A DNA stretch of 64,000 bases from Octopus sinensis (taxonomy: Eukaryota), in contig NC_043021.1 in NCBI RefSeq assembly GCF_006345805.1, positions 12,896,001 through 12,960,000 of the forward strand, read 5' to 3'. A model generated the notes under the pieces. That model had not been told where the DNA came from. It saw only the letters and a list, made by a program, of their open reading frames with translations, and made no database searches. Both the position numbers and the translations under genes were made by a program. The stretch's first letter is position 1. Each line of letters starts with the position of its first letter. Below, piece after piece: positions 48,023 through 61,176 of this stretch.

Positions 48023-51000
48023 TTTATTAAAATGCAGCAAAAATATCACTGTTGGACAGTTTTGTATAGAATCTTAACCAAACTGTCCGATGAACGGGAA
48101 CGTGAAACTCTGAGTAATAGTTTTTGTGATATTTTTGCTGCTTCTTTAATAAAGCATATTACTCTACCTCTGGTATTCAAGTGCTATCTTTTCCACCTTG
48201 TCTCGCATTTATGTGCTTACTCTGGTATATATATATTTATACACACACACATATGTATATGTGTGTGTGTGTGTGTGTGTGGCAGTGTGGTAAGAATAAA
48301 AGAATAATATATATGTGTGTGCGTGTGTAATTTTTTTTGGACTAATGGGTATATGTCAATCAGTGTGTTGAGTAAAGCACATTCACAGTTTGGGCTACCT
48401 GATATCATCCACAGTTGAGGTATATTTCCACTGGATCTACTTCAGGAATTCCGTTTCCTTCATCAGGAGGAGATGGAGACCCCCTTTGGTCATGAATAAC
48501 CATGGGATTGCACCTAGAAAGCTACCCTCCGAGGCACAAGTCCAGGCAAGGTTGTTTATGGAAGACAAGTAGTCACTCATGCATACCAGCTTCCACTCTC
48601 CTGGCCATTATATGTACAGAGGGTAAAAGGCTAAAGAGTCCCTTCGGTCATGAATGACCATGGTATTGTACCCAGAAAGTTACTCTCCGAGGCACAAGTC
48701 TGGGCAATGTCGTTTATGGAAGACTAGCAGTCATTCATGCACACCACCAGTGTTATCCAAGGGAAAGGCAAAGGCTGATACAGCTTGGCACCAGTGATGT
48801 CGCAACTCACTTCTACAGCAGAGTGAACTGGAGCAACGTAAAATAAAGTGTCTTGCTCAAGAACACAAGCAGCGCGGTCTGGGAATTGAACTCACAACCT
48901 CACGATCATAAGCTCAACACTCTAACCTCTGAGCCATGTGCCTTCATCAATTATTATTATTATTACCAGTTGAACACTGGGGTCAAAAATTGATGCCTTG
49001 TGGCAAAATTTGAAACCATTATTATTATCATCATATATATATATATATATGTATATATATGTATATATGTACATGTGTGTGTGTATACAAACACACACAC
49101 ACACATATATATATGTGTGTGTGTGTATATAGATATATATATGTACATGTGTGTGTACATTTATATATACATACACACACACAAACATACACATATGTAT
49201 ATAACTATATAATATATGAGGGGTACTGAAAAGTTCTTGGTTTTGGTTAAAAGAAAATACAGGAGGATCAATTAATTATGATTTTATTCAACATACTCCC
49301 CTCTTGGATTCACACACTTATTGCTGCAGTCCTTCAGTTTTTTCTAAGCCCTGTAAAAGAACTCGGAATATTGAGCCTCCAACCACGCCTTTGCAATATC
49401 CTTAAAGCTAGGAACTTTCCAACGCAGGACTACAATGTAGATCTGAACTAAACCAGATAATATTTGATAAGTGGCCCAAGTTACAGCCAAGTTTAGGACT
49501 GAGTGTGTGTGGTATCTGTGTGTGGAGGGTGGGGGACCAGGCCTTCAACAACAATAATAAAAGGGAAACTTATAAAGAGTGGAGCTTACCAACGTAAAAG
49601 CCATCGGGACTGTAAACACAGCACTGTATCATCGCATCTTCAAACTGACGAGAAGACAGCACTGTTCTGTAAACACACAGAAGCAAATAATGAGTTACAG
49701 TTCTACATTTAAGAGATGAGGAATTATGTACATTATTTACATTCGAAACGTTGTGTTAACACCAAACAAGATGAGGGCAAATATCCATCGAATGTAAATA
49801 ATGCAAATAATGTGTTTTTTCCAAAAATTTCAGTTTATAACAAGAATTAACAAAAAAAGAAACAACACATGCAGACAAACAGACATACACACATGGCATG
49901 ACTGTGTTCAAGTTTAACTCTTTTTATTAATCATATTATTATTATTATTATTATCATTATTACTCTCTTTTTCTTCTTTCAAATTTGCTTCCATTTCTTG
50001 CCGATATTTTTTATTATTATTTGTATTTTAGCATTATTTCCTTATGTTTAGTGTACACCAATAACACAGTTAAGTCCACCAAATTTGTAGGCCACATCAG
50101 CCAGTTGTTCAATAAAGCATGTTTGAAAAAAAAGTTGTTCCCTATATACACAACATATATATATATATATATATATGTCAAGATTAATCAGCCGAAATTG
50201 CGAAGATGATCCGGTTCTTGACTGAAGATTGAAGGCTTCGAATGTCCCGTCCGTGTTTTTTGTATCGTCTTCTAAATGTTTCACGTTCTTGTCCCAGTTT
50301 GTATTTTTTTCACATTTACATATATATATAATATATGTAACCCCCACCAGTGCTGGTGCATCCAGTCCACACTGTAAAGTGGTTGACATTAGGAAGGGCA
50401 TCCAGCTGTAAAAACCATGCCGAAACAGGCCTTACTGGTGCTGGTGCCATGTAAAAAGCTCTCAGTCAACTTTGTAAGGTGGTTGGTGTTGCGAAGGGCT
50501 TCCAGCCCTAAAAACTCAAGTGGCGGTGGTAGTGGCATTGCAAGTTGTGACCATGGTGCTGACAATAAAACAATGAAGATTTGCTTGTTTTACTATAAAA
50601 ACTGAAATAATAAAATTCCTCGTTGTAGTTACATACTTCTTCTCGTAATCACACAGTCGGAGAAATCCACCATGACAACCGGTCAGCAGATATGGTCTGT
50701 AAGTAATAAAAAGAAGCAAAAAAAAAAGTAAATTAGAAAGCATAAACATCAAAAGGAGATGCAAAAATAGATAAACATTTGTCTTTTAGTCACAAGTAAA
50801 TGAATAGGATTGTAAAACCTGGTGCCATATAACAAAAGCATTCACACCAAAAGTATATAGAAAGTTTGTTAATAAAAACAACTACGAACTAATATAGTTC
50901 TTAAATTTGACAGAAATAGGGAAGCTAATTCGCTGGTGTAATGGTACCATACTTAGTCGTGTTAACAAAGGATGTGGGTTCGAGTCCCACACAGAGAAGA

Positions 51001-51620
51001 AAGCCTACTTTTTTCTGTCGAGGGGCTATTTTTCTTAGTCATTGCATGGTGATCACTCTAAGCTTTAAGCTTATATAAATATTATTATTTACAGGATTGT
51101 AAAACCTGGTGCCATATAAAAAAAACCATTTGCACCAAAATTATATAGAAAGTTTGTTTACAAAAACAACTTTGAACTAATCATCATCATCATCATCATC
51201 ATCATTTAGCATCCGCTTTCCATGCTAGCATGGGTTGGACGGTTCAACTGGGGTCTGTGAAGTCAGAAGGCTGCATCAGGCCCAGTCTTATCTGGCAGTG
51301 TTTCTACAGCTGGATGCCCTTCCTAATGCCAACCACTCCGTGAGTGTAGTGCGTGCTTTTTACGTGCCACCCGCACAGGTGCCAGACGGAGCTGGCAAAC
51401 GGCCATGGATGGATGGTGCTTTTTACGTGCCACCAGCACGAGGCCAGTCGGGGCGGCGCTGGCAACGGCTACGAACGGATGGTGGTGCAGACGAGTCTGG
51501 CAGACGGCCACGAACGGATGGTGCTTTTTACATGCCACATAGTTCTTAAATTTGACAGAAACAACCATACCAGCACATTGGGCAGATATATAACCAAATA
51601 TTAATTCAATCAACTGTCAT

Positions 51621-51653
<33 letters not shown>

Positions 51654-53576
51654 CTAGGACCCAGTTTTTAAACATTGTTTAATATTGTGAAGCTATAAGT
51701 TGGTGAGCTGGCAGACTCGTTAGCATACCAGGCAAAATGCTTAGTGGCATTTCATCTGTCTTTATGTTCTGAGTTCAAATTCTGCTGAGGTCAATTTTGC
51801 CTTTCATTCTTTCAGGGTGGATAAAATAAGTATCAGTCGAGTACCTGGGTTGATGTAATCAACTACCCCATCCTTTGAAATTGCTGGCCTTGTGCCAAAA
51901 TTAGAAACCAACATTATGAAACTATGATCCTACCTATATGGGTGTGCAACAATTGCTGGTACTATGCTTCCATGGTCCTTCATAATTAACTGAAATAAAG
52001 AGATTAGTCTTTCATTTAATAAATGTCTCAGTTGAGAATATAATTTATAAATAATATAAATATTAGTTACGGAGATGTACTCACATAGCAAGTGACCTGA
52101 TCTGAGATCGTGTGCTGGAACAAAGAGAATTGCAGCATGGAAGGTGTTTATAAGCCGTTTAAAAACACACAAAAACTGTTAGATTCATTTTAACATCTAA
52201 ATTTAATTTGCAAAAATATTTTACCTCGAAGGGTAACTTTCTAGGTGCAATCCCATGGTCATTCATGACCGAAGGGGGTCACAACAACAAAACAATATAT
52301 GTGTGTGAGTGTGTGTGTGTTTGTGCGTATGTATACACGTATGTATACATACATAAATATATACATACATACATACATACATACATACATACATTATTAT
52401 GTTATCGCTGCCCCCTCGTTATCGAGTATGGCCATTGCACGAAGCTTAACTGTTACTGGTGCTGTGATCGAGTGTGACTTTTTAGCCCAGCTACAATGTC
52501 TTGTACAAAATTGGCAACTAAAACCTTTACCGGTAATAGCCGGCTGTAGTTGTAACTGGGCTTCATGTACCTTTGCATGTGGTTTAAGTCCTGCCGAATT
52601 ACACTCTCTTTCACATGCCCGACAGATATGATTAGTATGGTGTGTTACACCACCACCAGTGGCCAGGTTGTCACTCATCTGTCTCGTTTTATGACTACGA
52701 AGATGACTCTTGAGTCCAGCTTTACTGAGGCAGGGTTTTGCACAGACACTACATGTCAGCATCAAAGGAAGACCCTACATACATACATACATACATACAT
52801 ACAGGCGCAGGAGTGGCTGTGTGGTAAGTAGCTTGCTAACCAACCACATGGTTCTGGGTTTAGTCCCACTGCGCGGCATCTTGGGCAAGTGTTTTCTGCT
52901 ATAGCCCCGGGCCGACCAATGCCTTGTGAGTGGATTTGGTAGACAGAAACTGAAAGAAGCCTGTCATATGTATATATATATATATATGTATGTATATATA
53001 CATATGTGTTTGTTCTCCTAGCATTGCTTGACAACAGATGCTGGTGTGTTTACGTCCCCGTCACTTAGCGGTTTGGCAAAAAGAGACCGATAGAATAAGT
53101 ACTGGGCTTACAAAAAGAATAAGTCCCGGGGTCGAGTTGCTCGACTAAAGGCGGTGCTCCAGCATGGCCGCAGTCAAATGACTGAAACAAGTAAAAGAGT
53201 AAAACAGATACATACATACATACATATAGTTTAAAGTGTTTACCGTGATTGTTGGCCCCTCTGCCTTGACAAAACCACATAACGCATTGGTTGAAGACAA
53301 TATAAAGTCTGGAGATATGAAAGGTTCACCACCAAGAGTACAAGAGCGAGGGTATTTTTCAGGGTGTTGGCTGTGGAAAAAAAATTAGAAAAGATAAGAA
53401 AAAGCAAATGATGAGAAAACAAGTCAAAAAAAAGAAAAAATTCCCTGCATTGTCTGTCTTCAACAAACACTAACACATACATACGCATGCACTGACACGC
53501 ATGGACACAAATGCATGGACAGAGACAAATAAACACAAGCACTCATATATGACATACATATGCACATGCAAAATAA

Positions 53577-53610
<34 letters not shown>

Positions 53611-54411
53611 TGTGTACAGTGCTCAGGTGCACTACAACTCATCTAAAGTGTATGTATAATCAGGTGTAGTTTCGGCGGATTTCGGAAAGCATGAGGGCCT
53701 TAAAGGATGCAGTGTCATGGCAGTCAACAACTGACGCAGGCAGCTTATTCCATGCTTCAGCAACTCTGAGCGTGAAAAAATGTTTCCGAAAGTCATGGGA
53801 GTCATGTACACAATCACATATGCACGCATGCATATAAGCATATATAAAACATAAACACGCACACGCACACACACACCACACACACACACACACATAAGCA
53901 AGCAGATGCGAATGCATACACGCATATAAGCAAATATACACAAACACAGGCCTATCATATACATATGCACATACACAGAAAAACACACTCATGTACACAC
54001 ACAAAATATGCATAAGCAAGCAGATATAAATGCATACACACACACACACACACACGCATGCACGCACGCACACACACAAGCAAACAGATACTACTATATG
54101 CACACATCTACAAGCTCATATACACACATGCATGCACATGCTGACACATGCAAGCAAGCACATACAACTATATTCTCACACATACAAACTCACATGCACA
54201 CACACACACACACACACACACCCACACATGCACGCACACACAAGCAAACAGATATAACCATATGCATACACATACACATACATGCAGACACAAGCCAACA
54301 CATGCATCACCCCCACACACACACAAGCAAGCACATTCAACTATATTCATACACACACACACACACAAGCAGATACAACCATATGCACGCACACACACAC
54401 GCGTGCATACA

Positions 54412-54442
<31 letters not shown>

Positions 54443-55935
54443 GCATGCACACACAAGAAAACAGATACAACCATATGCACACACGCACACAAACACACGC
54501 ATACACGTACACACACAAGCAAACAGATACAGCCATATGCATACACATATATGCAGACATAGGTCAACACATGCATCACCCACACACATGCAAGCAAGCA
54601 CATACAACTATATTCATGCACACACACACACAAACACACGTACACACACACAAGCAAATATGCAAACATGCAAACACACCAAAGCTGCTTACTCCCACAG
54701 CATCAGTTACGATGGCCATCTCCTTAATTAGTTAATCCATTCACACCTGTACCTGTCAATCCTTGGTATACAACTTTAGTCACATGTAGGACATGTAAAT
54801 GCTAATTTCAAATTTTGGCACAAAGCCTGTAATTTCAAGGGTGCAGTGTAAGTCAGTAACATCGACCCCAGTACTCAACTGGTACTCATTTTATCAACCC
54901 CAATAAAATGAAAGGCAGAGTTGACCTCAGTAGGATTTGAAATCAGAATGTGAAGATGGATGAAGTGAAATAGTAAGTTTCCTTATACTTACATATCTTT
55001 ACTAAGTGGACAAAAAGAAATAAAGTTGACAGGTCCCAGATCAAAATTACTGTACCTGGAATTAGTCAAGAAAAGAAAGTTTTAGTCTACAAATATCAGA
55101 CAATGTCAAGACTATATATACAAGGGGTTGCTGAAAATTTCCTGGCTTTGGGTAAAAGAAAATACAGGAGGATTAGTTAATTACAATATAATTGAACATA
55201 TTCCCCTCTAAAAGCCAGAAAATGTTCAGCATCCCCTCATGTATATATATATATATATATATAATTATAAATGAGGGTGAAAAATCGATATAATTTAATA
55301 ATACCGTCAATTTAACACCAAGTGGCTTAGCACAAAAAACTACGGAGGAAATACAAATTTATACATAAATATTAGAGAGTCATCCACTAGTGGATAACTC
55401 TAGTGCAAAATAGCTCCGAAGCAACCACAGAAGATCCGTTTCCAACTAGAATCAACACACATCTAACTGAAGGAAAGTGAAATACAACGAATAAAATAGA
55501 TTGACTCTATACAATTGTTTCATTACTAATGCAATATGTAGTTTTACTTACACTTGCATCTATAAATCTTCGGTAGAGTTTGTCAGAAATGCAATTAATT
55601 AGATCGATTCGGGCGTCAAAAACACGAGCGGTCCAACCAATTACATTTTTAGTTATGTCTCAAATTCCGCGCCAAAAGCATGCCTAGACTCCATTGGAAA
55701 CGTATGCCGCATCAAATAAAATATTGACTGCCGCGTAGTTAATTTATAAAATTATAAATGAGGGTGAAAAATCGATATTAATTTAATAATACCGTCAATT
55801 TAACACCAAGTGGCTTAGCACAAAAAACTACGGAGGAAATACAAATTTATACATAAATTATTAGAGAGTCATCCACTATGTGGATAACTCTAGTGCTAAA
55901 AATAGCTCCGAAGCAACCACAGAAGATCCGTTTCC

Positions 55936-55970
<35 letters not shown>

Positions 55971-56592
55971 AAATTAGAAAATGGAGAAACATACTTAAAT
56001 CAATCAAACATCAACCATCAGATGATACCCAATCAATACTTTATTACACCATTACATAACAGCAAAGGCATTATACAAAATATATTGTAAATATAATTAG
56101 ACAAGGAAATAGAAATATAAAATATAAAATAAAATAAATATATAATTATATCATATCTGACAGCTGTTTCGGCCGTAAGGACAAGTATGCTTCATATATA
56201 TATATATGTATATGTGTGTGTGTATATATATATGAGGGTATGCTGGAAAGTTCCTGGCTTTAGGTAAAAGAAAATACAGGAGGATCAGTTAATTATGATT
56301 TTATTCAACATATTCTCCTCTAAAATCCAGAAACTTTTCAGCATCCCCTCATGTATGCACACACACACATACACACACACACACACAAACACACACACAT
56401 TTATTTACATATATACCAAACTAGTTCCAACAATATTTTTTGTTAAATTAATTTTAATCTAACAACATTGAAACATTTTGATTTGTCAATATTGAAACTT
56501 ATAACGATGTTTTTCTAATTTTACACTTTTACCATTGATAAACAAAAAATATTGTTGAAACTAGTTTCGTATATATGTAAATAAATGTATAC

Positions 56593-56664
<72 letters not shown>

Positions 56665-56693
56665 ATATGTATATATATGTGTGTGTGTGTGTG

Positions 56694-56725
<32 letters not shown>

Positions 56726-59700
56726 GTGTGTGTGTGTGGGTGTGTATGTATATATATATATATATATATATATGAGGGTATGTGGGAAAGTTCCTGGCTT
56801 TAGGTAAAAGAAAATACAGGAGGATCAGTTAATTATGATTTTATTCAACATATTCCCCTCTCAGATTCACACACTTATTGCAGCAGTCCTAAAGTTTTGC
56901 TAAGCCTGTAAAAGAACTCAGAAGGTTGGACCTCCAACCAGGCCTTTTGTGATACTCTTAAGGCCATGTACTTTCAGTTTTGCAGTGAGGCCCAGTGTCT
57001 GAAGATCTCTCCTCATCACTTCATCCCACATCTTCCTGGGTTTACCTCTTCCACAGGTACCCTCTGCAATTAGTGCTTGGCACTTCTTGATGTGGCTGTC
57101 CTCATCCATACACATCACATGACCAAACTAGCACAGTCTTTCCTCTTGCACACAACATCTGATGCCTATATATTTATATATATGGTAAAATCACCATCAT
57201 CCATAAATACAGGCTTGTCTTATACAGGTGCCAGTCAGTGGCCCAGGAACAGGATTTTCTTAGGGGGTGCAAACCCAGGTCAAAAACTTTTTACAAACAA
57301 GGTGGATTTTTTCCAATCTTGATATCAAAACACACACACACATACTCCTTTGTCACTTCCATTACAGCTTTGAAAAACTAACTGTTAAAATTGAACTGCA
57401 CTCTTCAAAACTTGAACTAAGAATAAATACAAGGTAAAATTACTACCTACTTTTATAGCAAGTTGATGCAGGTATTTTATCCCGTCCCCCTCCGACTTTT
57501 AGTGCATGTTCATGCAGTTGAAAAAAGAACTGCATTATTTATGGGATAACCCAATATATATATAATTATGTGTGTCTGTGTGCATGCACATATTCATATA
57601 TGTGTGTATGTGTGTGTGTGTGTGTATATACATATATATATGTGTGTGTGTGTAGGTGTGTATATATATGTATATATATATGTGTGTGTGTGTGTATACA
57701 TATATATATATATGTGTGTGTGTGGGTTTGTGTATATATGTATATATATGTGTGTGTATATATATATATATATATAAGAATGTGTACATGTATACATGTG
57801 CACATGCACACACACACACACACTCAATCATTTAGCCAACATTGATGTGTGTGTCTGACAATTGTGCAATGGGTTCTGTACTTACCGATGCATCAGCATC
57901 AGTTTTTGGTTGAAGAAACTCACTCTGCCTTCCATATCCCCAATGACAATGTTGCTGCAAAAAGAAGGACAAGAGAGAACCTTATTTAGATGAGTGGATG
58001 TGCTTGTGTGTGGGTGTGCGGTAGAGTGAACGCTACAGAGGAGGGTGAACACTGCAGTGAGTGGTGGAACATGGTGTGGTGAACATGACAGAAGATAGTG
58101 AATACTGTAGAGGATAGTAAAACACAGTGCGGTGAACACCACAAGAGATAGTGAACATGACAGTGGGTAGTGAAATATGGTGTGGTGAACATTGCAGAGA
58201 ATAGTGCACACTATAGTAGTGAACATTACAGAGAATAGTAAACACTGCAGTGAGTAACAAAACATGTCATAGTGAACATTGCAGAGGAATGTGAACACTT
58301 TAGTAAGTAGTGAAACATGGTGTAGTGATCATGTCAGAGGATAGTAAACACTTTAGAGGAGTGTAAACACTACAGTGAGTAGTGAGAGATGGTGTAGCAA
58401 ACATTACAGACGACAGTGAACACTACAATAAGTAATGAAACCCAGTGTAGTGAACATTATAGAGGTTAGTGAACACTACAGTAAGTTGTGAAACATGGTA
58501 TTGTGAACACTACAGTGAATAGGGAAACATGGTGTGGTCGACACTGTAGACGATAATGAACATTACAGTGTGTAGTGAAATGTGGATTGGTGAACACTGC
58601 TCAGGATAGTGAGCACACAGTACCACAGTGAATGCTGTGGTGAACACTATGATAAAATTAAACTTGAACATCATTTTACTTTGCTGCAACCGTTGTTATT
58701 GTTGTTTAAGCCCTAGCTATCCCACTTTAAGTAAACCTATGAGGAAAGGCATTTGACACAAATGCGCATCTAAATTTAATACCTAATATCAGTGAGACAA
58801 GGCATCATCATCATCATCATCGTTTAACGTCCGCTTTCCATGCTAGCATGGGTTGGACGATTTGACTGAGGGCTGGCGAACCAGATGGCTGCACCAGGCT
58901 CCAATCTGATCTGGCAGTGTTTCTACAGCTGGATGTCCTTCCTAACGCCAACCACTCCGAGAGTGTAGTGGGTGCTTTTACATGCCACCGGCACGAGGGC
59001 CAGTCAGGCAGTACTGGCAATGACCTCGCTTGAATCTTTTTACACATGCCAACGGAACAGGTGCCAATAAAGCGATGCTGGTAATGATCCTGCTCAAATG
59101 GTGCCCCTTACATGCCTCCAGCACGGAAGCCAGTTAGCCACTCTGGCAACGATCACACTTGGATGGTGCTCTTAGCACCTTACTAGCATGGGGCCATGAC
59201 TTCCACAAATTCTTTATCACCCTTGCACTTTACACCTGAGGCCTTAAGGCCAAGTAGTAAGAAATTCAATACTCACTTATACATAACGCTTAACACATTG
59301 ATACCACTTGTTACAAGTTTGATGATTTTCAACGGCTTTTTGTTAGCAACATAGGTTATTTCACCTGGCAGCGAAAAAGACAGAGAGAAAATCAATTTGT
59401 AACATAAATTTCTAAATTGGAACAAATCAATCTAGAGAAATCATTGCCATTTTATTATCCCAAATTCAATGTCCAGTCCAATTTCTCATACTTCCATGGG
59501 TCAGTTGGAGTTGCTTGAGGCAGATTATCTACAGCTGGATGCCCTTCCTGTCACCAACCCTCGCCTATTTCCATACAAAGTAATATTTCCCCTTGGCAAA
59601 CATGTTTTCTAATGGAAGACTGGAAATGAGACAGCTTGTATGATTGTGACACTTGTCTCTACAACTATCAGGCAATATATATTCGCATTCATACTTTGAT

Positions 59701-59972
59701 GTATGTTGGATGAACGGGACAGGAGCAGTTGACAGATGTTGAAGAGGATTTACTGAAAAAAACAGTTGAAGGCCATTTTGACATTTTCAAAGAAAAAACA
59801 CTCGGTCATGTTTATGTTGTCATACCAAAGGCAGGAGAGCTGCCTTATTTAAGAATTTTATTGCATGAAGTTTTAAATAGTATTTTTTCCTTTCCCATTG
59901 CACATTGACATTTTCCACTTGGAATTTCGGGTCACAGCAAATTCATCTAGTATGTACATATATATATACATA

Positions 59973-60003
<31 letters not shown>

Positions 60004-60880
60004 ATACACATACATAATATATATATACATAATATATATAAAATATATATAATGTATATATGTTGTGATGGTGGTGGTGGTGGCGGCAGGTAATAGTAGT
60101 TATTGTAGTGATCGTGGCAGCAGTGAGGATGATGATGGTGGTGATGGTGGTGGTGATGATGATGGTGGTGGTGATGGTAAGACTAATAAACCATAACAAA
60201 AGATCGTTAAAAACAACAACGAAAAAGATATAAATTCAGAAGAGTGCCGACCTTCAACATGCGACGGCTGTGTCTCCCAAATCACAAGATTGCCAAGAGA
60301 CGTTGCTGTCAGAGCACGATTTTTCATGTATTGAAATATGGACTGACTATATTTCCCGACGGGGACATTGAAATCCTGGTCTGTTAAGCCTGGACAAAAC
60401 CACTTCAGCTCAAGACTCCGCTGAAAAATGAAAGGAAACATTAATTGTAGATTTATTACTGAATTTTGGTTATTTCTATATTTATTTTTCAGGGGCAGCT
60501 ATGTGGTTAAGAAGTTTGCTTCTCAACCACATGGTACTGGGTTCAGTCCCACCATGTGATACCTTGGGCATTTGTCTTCTACTATAGATCCAAGCTGACC
60601 AAAGCCTTGGGAGAAGATTTGGTGAACAGAAACTAAAAGAAGCCTGTCATATAGATATACATAAAAGAATAATATATATGTCTTCTATATTTAAGAGATG
60701 AGGAATTATGTTCATTATTTACATTTGATGGATATTTGTTCTCATCTTGTTTGTTGTTAACACATCATTTTGGCTGATATCCCCTCCAGCCTTTGTCAGG
60801 TATCTTGGGGAAATTTCGAAACTGGGTTCTCATTCTTAAGGTATTTTTCAATGTTGTTGTTGTTGTTATTATTATTATTA

Positions 60881-60930
<50 letters not shown>

Positions 60931-60944
60931 TTATTATTATTTTA

Positions 60945-60978
<34 letters not shown>

Positions 60979-61124
60979 TTATTATTATTATTATTATTAT
61001 TTCATTATTATTATTATTATTATTATATATTATTATTATTATTATTATTTTATTATTATTATTATATTATTATTATTATTATTTTATTATTATTATTATT
61101 ATTATTTTATTATTATTATTATTA

Positions 61125-61176
<52 letters not shown>

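Noticed and set aside
50050-50135. Alternative CFAP251 exon candidate [28 protein letters not shown]
   Set aside because: Phases fit but the donor is weak (gtgtac); the 49666-49590 exon has better splice sites and homology
50175-50300. CTGAAGA...CGAA motif in a repeat also at 37770-37890
   Set aside because: Could not build consistent stems I and III in both copies
53632-54735. Long His/Thr- and Cys/Val-rich ORFs (up to 195 aa)
   Set aside because: Translations of (CA)n/(TG)n compound microsatellite; no splice or homology support
59873-59950. Candidate CFAP251 exon [13 protein letters not shown]...
   Set aside because: Runs into a stop with no donor; the 59364-59277 exon restores frame and homology
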